64,000 nt of DNA from Candidatus Altimarinota bacterium (GTDB lineage: Bacteria; Patescibacteriota; Gracilibacteria; 1-14-2-50-48-13), in contig JBKBWQ010000001.1 of NCBI GenBank assembly GCA_046314355.1, positions 1,152,001 through 1,216,000 on the forward strand, given 5' to 3'. How positions within the stretch are numbered: the first letter of the stretch is position 1; each line of letters begins with the position of its first letter. The translations under genes and the position numbers were made by a program. The notes below the pieces were generated by a model. It had not been told where the DNA came from. It saw nothing but the letters and a program-made list of their open reading frames with translations, and did no database searches. Shown piece by piece: positions 9,870 to 19,740 of this stretch.

Positions 9870-10112
9870 ATGAAAAAAGCAATTATTTATACAAAAAATT
9901 ATTGTATGTACTGCTCCAGTGCTAAGAGACTGCTTCAAAAACTTAATATACAGTATACTGAAATAGATGTGACCTATGACCGAGAGCTGGAAGAAGAGAT
10001 GTTTAAACTCTCCGGCCGTGATACGGTGCCTCAGATCTTTCTTCATATCGGCGGCTCAGATGATCTGCATGAGTTTTATGAAAATGGTGATCTTGATCCT
10101 CTCTTGAAGTAA
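9870..10112 (+). CDS. Glutaredoxin (Grx3-like)
   Basis: CMYC active site, TVPQIF and GGSDD. Confidence 0.88.
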   Translation: MKKAIIYTKNYCMYCSSAKRLLQKLNIQYTEIDVTYDRELEEEMFKLSGRDTVPQIFLHIGGSDDLHEFYENGDLDPLLK

Positions 10113-10123
10113 TCTGAGCGTAT

Positions 10124-10168
10124 AAAAAAAATCCCCTGCTGCGTGAAACGCTACAGGGGATTTTTTTT
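10124..10168. terminator. Bidirectional terminator
   Basis: A-run, ATCCCCTG...CAGGGGAT, T-run between convergent genes. Confidence 0.8.
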
Positions 10169-10174
10169 ATATTT

Positions 10175-11815
10175 CTAGAGATCGCTCATATTTATATCTG
10201 AGACGTACTCACTGAGATCTTCTGCTCCTGTTGGAATTTCAATTGTGACAGAAGCTGGATAGTTATATTCATCTCCACCAAACATTTCAAGCATCATACT
10301 TCCTGCTGTACCTCCTGTGAGTTCTGCCGGGAAGATAAATGAAGTTGGCATAAGTTTCATTGAAGTTGCGAGAAGCATTTTATTACTCTTTGCTGCCCAA
10401 AGCTCTGAAGAAAAATTAGCAAAGAATTTTTCTATGAATGGTCCTGCTCTTTTAATATCTTTTCGTATGCCATATTTATTTAAAGGACGAGGAGAAAACT
10501 TTGCGGCCATCTCCGGAATATGTTTCACAAGAGAAGCACCATCAATAGTTAATGTAAAGTGGTCTGCATCGATACCTTTATATATTGTACTGTCTTTTTT
10601 AACTATAAGGAAATCTGCGTTCTTTTCGAAGAATTTAGTTATCATCTCCATACCTTCCTTTCTCATATCTGTCTGATCTGGATTGATCATTAATCCTTTC
10701 AGCTCTTTTTTAATTTCATCATTAAGAGGAAGTGAATACCACTTTCCAACATAAGGTGTCACCTCTGTCTGAACAGTCTCTATAGTATCCTTAAGTACCT
10801 CAGAGGTATCAGTATTTACCATAGTAAACTGATCAAGTCTCATATAAATGCTGGATTCAGCATCAATAACAAGTGTACCTTTCATGTCTGCAGATAGACC
10901 AACCTTCTCTCCCATCGCATCTACCTGGATATCTGTATGAAGAGACAGAGTAACTTGTGCTCTATCAAGAGTATCCTTTGTTCCTGTTACCATAGAAACA
11001 TTTCCCATGCTTAGGACGATATTTGCACGTGCGTCTGATGCAGCAATTGCAATCTTTACAGTACCACTACCACTTCCTGTCTGAGGCTGGTATCCATAAT
11101 CAACAGTATTTGTAATCACAGAGAGTATATCTTGCTTCTCCTGAGAGAGAGCAGTAGGAGCTAGAGTATCTTGTCTTGCTGGTAGTCGTGAGATATCTCC
11201 TTTAACGAAGGTATCTTTTTGAAGCTCAGATACAGTGAGAGCTCGTGTGAGCTGCTCAAATACATCTCCTCTGAGAGCTGGATGTGCAAGACGTGATGCA
11301 GTATCATTTCCTACAAGATTTCTTTTGATAGCTGTGTTGTAATATCCCTCGTACCACGGACGTGAGCTAGGAATAGAACTGTCTACTCCAAGAGAGAGAG
11401 CATTATTTATGATCTTAAGAGCCTCAGCTTCTGTTACAGAACGTTCAGGGTGAAACATACCATCATCATATCCCTGAATATATCCTTCTTCTTTTGCCCA
11501 GCAGATATATGAAGCAAACCACTCCTGATGAACATCAGGGAAACAATTGTTATATTCCTCAGCACTAGGTTCGATACTTGCTACTGTCTTTACGACGATC
11601 TTCATAAGCTCTGCGCGGTTGATCTCCTTTGAAAGCATCAAATCTCCTGAATTATTTGCTCCCTGTACAATGGATGCATCTTTAAGATATGCCTCACTCT
11701 CAAGTGTAAGAGCTGCATGAGCAGAAGTAAGTGAACCAAGATAGAAAGCTGTACCAAATACAGCAACCAGCAAGACCCGTTTAAATGAATATTTAGCAAC
11801 CATACTGTGTGTCAT
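10175..11815 (-). CDS. SLH-domain surface protein with C-terminal beta-rich (LolA/LppX-like?) domain
   Basis: Signal peptide, SLH repeats (NRAEL; GYDDGMFHP), and a C-terminus with GKWY...ELW...YNYPASVTIEIP. The start may be 11842, 11815 or 11803. Confidence 0.75.
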   Translation of the reverse strand: MTHSMVAKYSFKRVLLVAVFGTAFYLGSLTSAHAALTLESEAYLKDASIVQGANNSGDLMLSKEINRAELMKIVVKTVASIEPSAEEYNNCFPDVHQEWFASYICWAKEEGYIQGYDDGMFHPERSVTEAEALKIINNALSLGVDSSIPSSRPWYEGYYNTAIKRNLVGNDTASRLAHPALRGDVFEQLTRALTVSELQKDTFVKGDISRLPARQDTLAPTALSQEKQDILSVITNTVDYGYQPQTGSGSGTVKIAIAASDARANIVLSMGNVSMVTGTKDTLDRAQVTLSLHTDIQVDAMGEKVGLSADMKGTLVIDAESSIYMRLDQFTMVNTDTSEVLKDTIETVQTEVTPYVGKWYSLPLNDEIKKELKGLMINPDQTDMRKEGMEMITKFFEKNADFLIVKKDSTIYKGIDADHFTLTIDGASLVKHIPEMAAKFSPRPLNKYGIRKDIKRAGPFIEKFFANFSSELWAAKSNKMLLATSMKLMPTSFIFPAELTGGTAGSMMLEMFGGDEYNYPASVTIEIPTGAEDLSEYVSDINMSDL

Positions 11816-11860
11816 GCAAAATTGATAGTAATATAGATACATGAATTATACTCTAACCAC

Positions 11861-12868
11861 TTAGATGTCAATGATTTGTTCTTTCTCTGGTGTCTTTGGC
11901 TTTATAAGTGAAAAACCATATTTATAGCTAACGACGACTCCGACTGCTAGAAAGAGAATATCACGCAGGCGTAGTATAATAAGTGTGGGGAGTGCAAGAG
12001 TGGGGTCAATGCCGGCGATATTGAAGGCTGCGATCTGGAATAACTCTAGAGAGCCTATGGCACCAGGAGAGGGAATCAAATAACCGATCAACGGAAGTGC
12101 TGTGACCACAAGAAGCTGAGTAAAATTTGCATGAATACCCATAGAGACGAGTACTACATAGTACTCCACCATCATCATGACAAAGCAGATGAGTGATAGG
12201 ATGATAGTATTGAGGAGTGCAATTTTATGCGTGAGAAAAAATGTTTTTATATGTGCTTCAGTTTCGATAATATGTTGTTCTGTTTTTTTGAGTATCTTGA
12301 TCTTTTCAAGATGAAGAATCCTGAAAAAAAATGTAAAGAAACCCTCTCCAAAAACACTCATATAGAAAAAAAACCCAAGGGCAGATACTATAACTAGTAC
12401 TGCAACTATACTTGTGGTATTTATCTCTTTCGTGTTAAATAGAACCAGGATAAGAGCAAGACCTGAGAAACCGCTGGTAACAGATAACTCAAAAACCTTA
12501 TCAAGAATAACACTGGAAGTTGCGATATTTCCTGGAATACCTTTTCTCTTTAAAAGAAGAATACGTGCGGGTTCTCCTCCAACCTGCCCAGAGGGAATAA
12601 GATAGCTGAATGTATAGGATACAAGCCTGTAGAGAGAAAGAGTGAAGAGTGAAGGAAGATTTTTGTTATGAGTCTTTAAAATGACTTTCCACCGGAGTGT
12701 AAAAATCATAAAATTGATTATAGAGACAATAATGAAAAGTATGGTTGCCCAAGGAGATATGTGAGATAATGCATCTACAATTTTATCTACTCCGGTACTT
12801 ACTATCATTTCATAGATGAAACCTACGGCAAGGAGAAGGAACAGTGTCAGAAAAATGAAACGTTTCAT
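11861..12868 (-). CDS. Lysylphosphatidylglycerol-synthase TM-region (UPF0104, flippase-like) membrane protein
   Basis: LRW, PSGQVGGEPAR and PSPGAIGSLE motifs; about 8 transmembrane segments. Confidence 0.85.
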   Translation of the reverse strand: MKRFIFLTLFLLLAVGFIYEMIVSTGVDKIVDALSHISPWATILFIIVSIINFMIFTLRWKVILKTHNKNLPSLFTLSLYRLVSYTFSYLIPSGQVGGEPARILLLKRKGIPGNIATSSVILDKVFELSVTSGFSGLALILVLFNTKEINTTSIVAVLVIVSALGFFFYMSVFGEGFFTFFFRILHLEKIKILKKTEQHIIETEAHIKTFFLTHKIALLNTIILSLICFVMMMVEYYVVLVSMGIHANFTQLLVVTALPLIGYLIPSPGAIGSLELFQIAAFNIAGIDPTLALPTLIILRLRDILFLAVGVVVSYKYGFSLIKPKTPEKEQIIDI

Positions 12869-12915
12869 AAAGATTGTAAGAGCTGAGAAACACTACTAAA
12901 TAATTATTACTTCTG

Positions 12916-13701
12916 ATGGATACTACAGGCATTCTAACAAAGGGACTTCCGAAAGCAAAGAAAAGTTTAGGACAGCATTTTCTTAAAAGTACGAAAGTAC
13001 TAGAGGAAATTATTCAAGCAAGTAATATAACTGATCAGGATACTATTCTAGAAATAGGTCCCGGGCAAGGAGCATTGACGGATTATCTTGTTGCGGCAAA
13101 ACCGAAACATTTGATTTTAATAGAAAAAGACCGGGATCTTATCCCGTATTTGAGAGAAAAATATGGAGAGTTGGATTTTGTTGAAATTCACGAAGGAGAT
13201 ATCCTCACTTCACAACAGATCAAACTGCCAGAAGAGTATAAGGTGGTAGCAAATATCCCATACTATATATCCAGTCCTATACTGAAGTACTTTCTGCTGC
13301 ATGCAGTAAATGTACCTATTTCAATGACGCTTCTCGTGCAGAAAGAGTTTGCTGAAAAGATCACAGCACTGCCTCCTAGAGCCACTATTCTCTCTAATAC
13401 TGTACAATTTTTAGGATTGCCCACTAAGATAATTACTGTTCCGAAAGGTGCTTTTTCTCCTCCTCCGAAAGTTGATTCCGCAGTATTGCATATTCAACTG
13501 CAGAAACGTATTGAGGGCTATCGATCTTTAGTAAAAATGATGGAAAAATGTTTTCAGCAGAGTAGAAAAAAACTGAGTAATTCAATTGACAAAAATGCGA
13601 TAAATATGAATAATACCCCAGACAAAGGTAAGCTGATACAAGATCTTTTGCAAAAACGTCCTGAAGAGCTTACTATAGAAGATTGGAAACTATTGTTATA
13701 A
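12916..13701 (+). CDS. rsmA: 16S rRNA A1518/A1519 dimethyltransferase
   Basis: KKSLGQHFL, EIGPGQG, ANIPYYIS and PPPKVDSAV motifs. Confidence 0.96.
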   Translation: MDTTGILTKGLPKAKKSLGQHFLKSTKVLEEIIQASNITDQDTILEIGPGQGALTDYLVAAKPKHLILIEKDRDLIPYLREKYGELDFVEIHEGDILTSQQIKLPEEYKVVANIPYYISSPILKYFLLHAVNVPISMTLLVQKEFAEKITALPPRATILSNTVQFLGLPTKIITVPKGAFSPPPKVDSAVLHIQLQKRIEGYRSLVKMMEKCFQQSRKKLSNSIDKNAINMNNTPDKGKLIQDLLQKRPEELTIEDWKLLL

Positions 13702-13708
13702 AAAATAT

Positions 13709-15448
13709 ATGAATATACCTAGAGAAGATAAGAGTTATTATAGTGCACATATTGTTAGGTATGAATGGAATTCTATTCATCAAAAATTTGTTGTTTTGCA
13801 AAATAGAATAGATGGACTTATTAAACAGAATCCTCTTGATGCTCGCTATGAAGTGAAAAAGAAAATTGATGATTATCTGCAAAATGCTATCAGTGAGGAG
13901 ATAAAGAATGTACGGTTTTTAAAAGACATTGAAGCATTAAGTTCTTTTGATGAGACTAAAGAGAAGCTCAATATTATTAGCAATATATATAGTAAACTTG
14001 AATCTTACATTGCTGCAGAAGAGCGTGAAGAGACGTCGCTTGAGATTGAGAGAGATATTGATGCTGTAGAATCTGGTTATAAAAATCTCATAGATGAGAA
14101 CCAAAAGCTAAAGGAGGATTTGGAAAAAAAGAATCAAGAAGTTGAGAGTGAAAAAAACAAATATAGCGAGCTTGTAGCTCAAGTATTGAATATGCAGCAG
14201 TCTGCAAAAGACAGAATGTATCAAGAGATTACTGAGTGGGAAGTATTGAGAGATGCAATGATGATGGATTCCGATGGTATTGTGGGACATTTAAAAGAAA
14301 AGGTAGAGATTAACATTTTTAGAATGAAGGATGCTCTAGAGAGCATGGATGGAGACATAATGGAGAAGGTACATGAATTTAGCAGTGCACGACATTTGAT
14401 CCAGAAGGAGCATATAAAAATCTTGTACTCTAGTCATAAGCCGCAGGTTATTGATGAAGTTTCATTTGAGCAAGCTCCGGTCTTATCAAACGAACACGAA
14501 GAAATTGCAGTAGTATTAGAAGAAGTTCATGATTTCTCTGAGCTTGAAAGTGGTCCAAGTTTCTCTTCTAGATTTAAGGAATCTTTCCGAACAAAATTTA
14601 CCAAGGCTGTAAATACATTTAAAACAAGACCTGCTACGGCTATGCTTCTTGCGGTGGCTACGGCAGGAATTATTGGTGCTACTGTGGGGACTGCAGCTTC
14701 TTCTTCAAGAAAAAACATCAATGATGCCCCAGCCCCTATCGCTAAAAATCACACTGTGAAAAAAGTGCAGCCGTCTGCTGTGAAGCCTGATAATAAGCCT
14801 CAGGAGAAAATACAGCATACACAAGAACATGAACCTACGCAGAAGCAGTTATCAAGACAGGTACATAATGCAGTGAATGCTCATCCTCTGCGGCATGCAT
14901 CTATAGGAAGCTATGCTCCAGATAAGAATGGTATGACTGTCTATGCTGGTAATTGGACTGTAGATACGCTGATGAAGCATAATCCTGCTTTGGATAATAT
15001 TATGAATATGCATGGAGGTGCACGTTCTATCAAACCCGTAGGATTCTTTAAGACGAAGAGTGGTATAAAAAAAGCCGAAGGACAGACATATGCAAATGGT
15101 CACATGGGAGTGACATCATCTTGGGGTGCAGTACCAATGACTTTTGCACTTGAGATTGAGTTTAATAATGGAACTGCAACTCATGTGGGAATTGGAAGTA
15201 TGTTAAGTCCTGTGGTACAACAGCAGACTGTAGCAGCGGCTCCAGCTTTGGAACAAAGCTTTACTCCTCCGACTATTACGCAGGATACTGTTGTAAGTCC
15301 TCATATTGAGATGCAGAAAAAAGCTCAAAACTCTTTGGAGCATATGAAAGAGAAAAATACTGGTCAGGTAGATACAAAAACAGCACTTGGTAAGATAGGA
15401 AAGTTTGCATCTGGTATAAAGAGTAAACTCTCTCGATTCTTTGGATAA
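13709..15448 (+). CDS. Hypothetical coiled-coil protein with one internal TM segment
   Basis: 579-aa ORF with a Glu/Lys-rich coiled coil, hydrophobic AMLLAVATAGIIGATVG, a low-complexity linker and an amphipathic C-terminus. Confidence 0.75.
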   Translation: MNIPREDKSYYSAHIVRYEWNSIHQKFVVLQNRIDGLIKQNPLDARYEVKKKIDDYLQNAISEEIKNVRFLKDIEALSSFDETKEKLNIISNIYSKLESYIAAEEREETSLEIERDIDAVESGYKNLIDENQKLKEDLEKKNQEVESEKNKYSELVAQVLNMQQSAKDRMYQEITEWEVLRDAMMMDSDGIVGHLKEKVEINIFRMKDALESMDGDIMEKVHEFSSARHLIQKEHIKILYSSHKPQVIDEVSFEQAPVLSNEHEEIAVVLEEVHDFSELESGPSFSSRFKESFRTKFTKAVNTFKTRPATAMLLAVATAGIIGATVGTAASSSRKNINDAPAPIAKNHTVKKVQPSAVKPDNKPQEKIQHTQEHEPTQKQLSRQVHNAVNAHPLRHASIGSYAPDKNGMTVYAGNWTVDTLMKHNPALDNIMNMHGGARSIKPVGFFKTKSGIKKAEGQTYANGHMGVTSSWGAVPMTFALEIEFNNGTATHVGIGSMLSPVVQQQTVAAAPALEQSFTPPTITQDTVVSPHIEMQKKAQNSLEHMKEKNTGQVDTKTALGKIGKFASGIKSKLSRFFG

Positions 15449-15460
15449 TACATCTTTGTA

Positions 15461-15496
15461 TAATAAAAGCCCTTTCATGTGAAAGGGCTTTTATTA
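15461..15496. terminator. Bidirectional terminator
   Basis: 17-bp inverted repeat TAATAAAAGCCCTTTCA/TGAAAGGGCTTTTATTA. Confidence 0.85.
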
Positions 15497-15502
15497 AGGT
15501 TA

Positions 15503-16780
15503 TTACTTCTTGAATTGTTCTCTTAAGTAGCTAAGTGCCTTATCAAGCTGAGGGTCTTTTTTATCTTTTCTATCTTGAAGACTTAGTGATACTTCTTCAT
15601 GAGGCGCAAGTCCTGCTTTCTTTCCATCAGCCTTATCTCCAACATTGTAGCCGTTTGGAGTGAACCATTTTGCAATCGTGATTCTAAGATAAGAACCGTC
15701 TGAGAGTGGCTCTAATTCCTGAACAGATCCTTTTCCATAGCTGTTTGTACCTATAATGTGCGCTCTATTGTTATCTTTCAATGCTGCAGCAACGATCTCC
15801 GCTGCTGAGGCAGTCTGTTCATTCTGTAATACTACGAGAGGGAATTTTCCAAGTCTCGCTCCTCCCTTTGCTGATTTCTCCTGAAATGAATCTGCTTTTG
15901 TACCACGTGTAGTTACTATCTTACCTTGCTCAAGGAACATAGATGCTACATCTGCAGAGGCATCAAGGTATCCGCCTCCATCATCTCTAAGATCAAGTAT
16001 GATTCCTCTTGGAGGAGTAAGAAGAAGCTTATTTACTATCATATTTAATTCACTGACTGTTGATTCAGAAAATTTTGCTACCTTAATATATGCTATCTGT
16101 CCTTCATCCTTTGATTCATATGTAACGCTTGGAACTCTGATCTCCTCTCTTTGTATTGTAAAATCAAGCGGCTGAGTTTCATTTTTTCGTATTACTGTCA
16201 CTTTAACAGAAGTACCTTTTTTTCCTCTAATCTTTTCGACAGCCGTGTAGAGAGTAAAATCTACAACAGATTCATCATTAATCTTATATATAATGTCTCC
16301 TGGCAGTATACCTGCTTTTTCAGCAGGAGTACCCTTAAGAGTAGCAACTACAGTAAGTACGCCTCCTTCACCTTCAGTAAGCTCTGCACCTATGCCTTCA
16401 AGCTCACCGTTAAGCGAAGTATTGAATTCCTTTGATTCTTCGGGTGTAAGAAAATATGTATATGGATCACCTACTGCATTGGCGATGCCTTTTGTTGCAC
16501 CGTAGAGCATATCCTTATCGGAGACTTCCTTTCCATCAGGATGCTCAGTGCGGAGTCTATTCCAGACTTCCCAAAATATTTTCATCTGGGAGCTTGCCTG
16601 ATCTGCGTTAAGTGAAATGCTCTTTTCTTCAGGAACAGTAGTGCCTGAAGTAGTACTTACTTGAGTAACGGCTGGAGTATCTTTATTCTCTGCGGAGCTG
16701 CCGATACCGATACCAAGGAAAAGTGTAAGTACGGGGAGAAGTAGAAGAGTGACTAATTGTTGTGGACTAGATGGACGCAT
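15503..16780 (-). CDS. S41 family C-terminal processing protease (CtpA) with PDZ domain
   Basis: DPYT, GIGA, DLRDDGGG, TASAAE and GKGSVQ motifs; N-terminal TM anchor. Confidence 0.93.
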   Translation of the reverse strand: MRPSSPQQLVTLLLLPVLTLFLGIGIGSSAENKDTPAVTQVSTTSGTTVPEEKSISLNADQASSQMKIFWEVWNRLRTEHPDGKEVSDKDMLYGATKGIANAVGDPYTYFLTPEESKEFNTSLNGELEGIGAELTEGEGGVLTVVATLKGTPAEKAGILPGDIIYKINDESVVDFTLYTAVEKIRGKKGTSVKVTVIRKNETQPLDFTIQREEIRVPSVTYESKDEGQIAYIKVAKFSESTVSELNMIVNKLLLTPPRGIILDLRDDGGGYLDASADVASMFLEQGKIVTTRGTKADSFQEKSAKGGARLGKFPLVVLQNEQTASAAEIVAAALKDNNRAHIIGTNSYGKGSVQELEPLSDGSYLRITIAKWFTPNGYNVGDKADGKKAGLAPHEEVSLSLQDRKDKKDPQLDKALSYLREQFKK

Positions 16781-16973
16781 GGAAAAATATATCACGAAGC
16801 ATGATTCTCATACCTCAATGTAAGTTATACGCAGAGTTTACACGGCTTGTGTTTAAAAAGCAAAAATAAAGTTTGAGGATTATTTTGACATTTTTTATAT
16901 AAAAGAGCATATGTAAAATGTAAAAACTAGTGTGCCACCTCATCACCTCAAAGTATATTTTAACCATCTATGT

Positions 16974-17351
16974 ATGGATTCAAAACGTCTTGTGGGTATG
17001 AATGGTGAATCACTTGCATGTACCTTTCTTGAAAAAAAGGGGTATCAGATACTTGATAGAAATTTTTCAAGCAGGTACGGTGAACTTGATATCATTGCAA
17101 AAAAAGAAGATGAATATGTGTTTGTTGAAGTAAAGACAAGAAGTCAATGGTCTGCAAAGATGGTCAGCGGAGAGGAATCTGTGACCTCTGCTAAGAGAAA
17201 AAGAATGCTGCAGACCATTCAAGTGTACTTTGCAAAGAAAAATTTTGAGTTTGAAATACCATGGAGATGTGATGTTATAGTAATTGAAGTTCACAGGCAT
17301 CATTATAGAATCATACATTACCCTTACGCATTTGAAGTCTATATTTCATAA
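16974..17351 (+). CDS. YraN/UPF0102 family putative endonuclease
   Basis: GESLA, GELDII, FVEVKTR and RCDV motifs. Confidence 0.9.
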   Translation: MDSKRLVGMNGESLACTFLEKKGYQILDRNFSSRYGELDIIAKKEDEYVFVEVKTRSQWSAKMVSGEESVTSAKRKRMLQTIQVYFAKKNFEFEIPWRCDVIVIEVHRHHYRIIHYPYAFEVYIS

Positions 17352-18498
17352 AACAGTACTCATCACACGTTTCCCCTACGAAGCGATTCTTTCTGGTGAA
17401 GAATGGCATACTATTACGATGGCGGAGAGTCTAAGAACCCGGGGATGGAGAGTGATCTTTATGGGAAGCTGTCCGGTACTCACTATAGAGTTCAAAAAGA
17501 GAGATTTTGAAGTACATGAGGTGTGGGGGGGAACACTTCCTGTTACAAAGCCAGCACTGATAGTGTTCTTTTTAATTTGGCCAGTTATATTACTGAAGCT
17601 GCTTCTATGTTTCAGAAGGATAGATAAAATTCACTCAATAGATAGTATCTACATGCTTTCTCTTACCGAGAAAGTGCTGATGACTCCTGTATTAAAATAT
17701 TTGAAAAAAACAGTACTGTGGGTGGAGCACCAACGTTTTGGAAAATGGATGTATCTCAACCCATTGCGGTATTTATACACGTTACTAGCCAAGAAGGTAG
17801 ATGTAGTGGGAGTAAGTCCGATGCATGTAGATCAGCTTAAATTTTTGAAGATCCCTAAGCGGCAGCTGCACTGTATTACAAATGGTATTGATACTGATTT
17901 CTTTTCGCCTGAGGGGGAATGTATAAGGGTACCTGAGGAAGCTGAATTTGTAATTGGTACTCTCGCAAGATACTATGAAGATAAAGGATTAGATATACTG
18001 ATAAAAGCTTTTGGACTACTTTTAGAGGCACATCCAAAATGGAATGTTCATCTTGTGATACAAGGTGAAGGTCCATTGGAAGATGAACTGAAAGCTTTAG
18101 TAATGACAGGAAAAATAGAGAAAAATGTACATTTTCTCATACCCTATACTCTTGTACCAAGAGAGAAGACACCTGCGCTCTATAGAGGAATGGATGTCTG
18201 TGTACTGCCTTCACGTGCACAAGATCCTTTTGGACTTGTGGCTGCCGAAGCAATGTCCACTGAAACTCCAACTATTGTCACAGATGTATGTGGAATATCT
18301 GTCTTTATGAAAAATAATGAAGACGCGATTATCGTTCCAGCCGGAAGTGTCTTAGCTTTAAAGGAAGCTATTGAACTTCTTTTGTCTGATGAAGACTTAA
18401 GAAAGAAATTGGGGAAAGCGGGAAGAAAAACAGCTGTAGAAAAGTTTTCACTAGATAGGATGGTAGGTGAGTATGAAAAACTTCTAGAGAAAGAATAG
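17332..18498 (+). CDS. Glycosyltransferase family 4 (GT-B)
   Basis: SGEE near the N-terminus, NGID, DKG, and DPFGLVAAEAM. The start is uncertain (TTG 17332 or 17284). Confidence 0.9.
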   Translation: MKSIFHKTVLITRFPYEAILSGEEWHTITMAESLRTRGWRVIFMGSCPVLTIEFKKRDFEVHEVWGGTLPVTKPALIVFFLIWPVILLKLLLCFRRIDKIHSIDSIYMLSLTEKVLMTPVLKYLKKTVLWVEHQRFGKWMYLNPLRYLYTLLAKKVDVVGVSPMHVDQLKFLKIPKRQLHCITNGIDTDFFSPEGECIRVPEEAEFVIGTLARYYEDKGLDILIKAFGLLLEAHPKWNVHLVIQGEGPLEDELKALVMTGKIEKNVHFLIPYTLVPREKTPALYRGMDVCVLPSRAQDPFGLVAAEAMSTETPTIVTDVCGISVFMKNNEDAIIVPAGSVLALKEAIELLLSDEDLRKKLGKAGRKTAVEKFSLDRMVGEYEKLLEKE

Positions 18499-18499
18499 T

Positions 18500-18528
18500 T
18501 TGATTTGATGAGAGCTCTTCAGTACAAT
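18500..18528 (+). promoter_or_regulatory. Sigma70-like promoter of tRNA-Arg
   Basis: TTGATT-N17-TACAAT, 15 nt upstream of the tRNA. Confidence 0.6.
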
Positions 18529-18543
18529 GCAAAGCGTCCATGT

Positions 18544-18619
18544 GATCCCGTAGTTAAACCGGATATAGCGGCAGTTTCCTAAACTGCAATTCTGGGTTCG
18601 ATTCCCGGCGGGGTCACCA
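18544..18619 (+). tRNA. tRNA-Arg (anticodon CCT)
   Basis: Acceptor stem GATCCCG/CGGGGTC, anticodon arm GCAGT-TTCCTAA-ACTGC, T-loop GGTTCGATTCC and encoded CCA. Confidence 0.96.
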
Positions 18620-18766
18620 TTCTTCGCTTCTCACGAAGCTACGTATGGCACGGCCAGAATGGAATGAATCTTCGCAGGCGAAGATTTTTTTTAATATAGA
18701 GCGAAGAATGTCCCTCGTAGCCTGCACCTGAACTATAAGTGTTTGGTTCTTCTTGGCGAAGAGGGA
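18619..18766. repeat. Cluster of nested CTTCGC/GCGAAG inverted repeats after the tRNA, including a terminator-like hairpin at 18667-18692
   Basis: ATTCTTCGCT (18619) pairs with AGCGAAGAAT (18700); AATCTTCGC-ag-GCGAAGATT is followed by a T-run; TCCCTC pairs with GAGGGA. Confidence 0.55.
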
Positions 18767-19002
18767 TGCCCAGGCATAAAGCATTGATGTATTTTTGTAC
18801 CCTGATGAGTCTATCGCAGTTCTTTTGTGATATACATCGTAAAAAAATTTATCCCTAACTACTAACTACTCTCACTATCACTCACACTCCCGAGCCTGTG
18901 CATGCCTCTGTAGTAATATTTTAATAACACTTCCACTCCAGCTTATCTTCCCATGAGGCGGATCCTTGTCTATGCTCAGTATAGTATTTTTTTCTGCTAT
19001 TT

Positions 19003-19653
19003 ATGAAACAGCTTCCTCTTTCCTCCCGTCCTCGGGAGAAGTTTAAAAACGTTGGTACTGCGGGGTTAAGTATGCAGGAGCTGCTGTGTATTCTTATTGG
19101 AAGCGGTACGAAGGGGTATCCTGTGGATAGGATTGCGAAAGAGATAGAGCAGAGTATTGATATGAATAAGAGATGTATTATGTTTGAGAAGGTGAGGAAA
19201 ATTAAAGGACTTGGTCCCTCAAAGCGTATGATGATTGAAGCTGTGCTGGAAATAGGGAAGAGATTATTTGCTCCTGTAGATTTTAATATCCAGATTATCA
19301 GAACGACTGAGGATGTTCTGCCTTTTCTTAAAGAGTATGCTCTGCTTCGTCAAGAACACCTTATCTGCCTTTATCTTAATGCACGTCATGAGCTTTTAGA
19401 GAAACGGGTTGTGACAAAAGGAACGCTTACTATGAGCCTTATTCATCCGAGAGAAGTATTTGCTCCTGCATTATCTCTGGGAGCTGTAAGTATTATTATT
19501 GCTCACAATCATCCAAGCGGATCACTGGAACCGTCACATGCAGATAAAACCGTCACTGGAGTATTATCCGATGCAGGAAAACTGCTTGGAATAGAGCTCC
19601 TTGATCATATTATTGTAAGTAAAGAAGGATGGAAGAGTATTCTTTTTAATTAG
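19003..19653 (+). CDS. radC: RadC/UPF0758 JAB-domain protein (full length)
   Basis: RPREK, HhH region, HPREVF, HNHPSG and LLDHII motifs. Confidence 0.95.
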   Translation: MKQLPLSSRPREKFKNVGTAGLSMQELLCILIGSGTKGYPVDRIAKEIEQSIDMNKRCIMFEKVRKIKGLGPSKRMMIEAVLEIGKRLFAPVDFNIQIIRTTEDVLPFLKEYALLRQEHLICLYLNARHELLEKRVVTKGTLTMSLIHPREVFAPALSLGAVSIIIAHNHPSGSLEPSHADKTVTGVLSDAGKLLGIELLDHIIVSKEGWKSILFN

Positions 19654-19740
19654 TAAAAAAATATATATAAAAGTATTTGTCAAATGCGTATAAAATATGT
19701 TATTATACAACGAATATAATATTAAACAAATATATATACA

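Noticed and set aside
18544-19653. Integrative element at tRNA-Arg marked by radC
   Set aside because: No integrase and no duplicated tRNA 3' end were seen; radC is the full-length chromosomal type.
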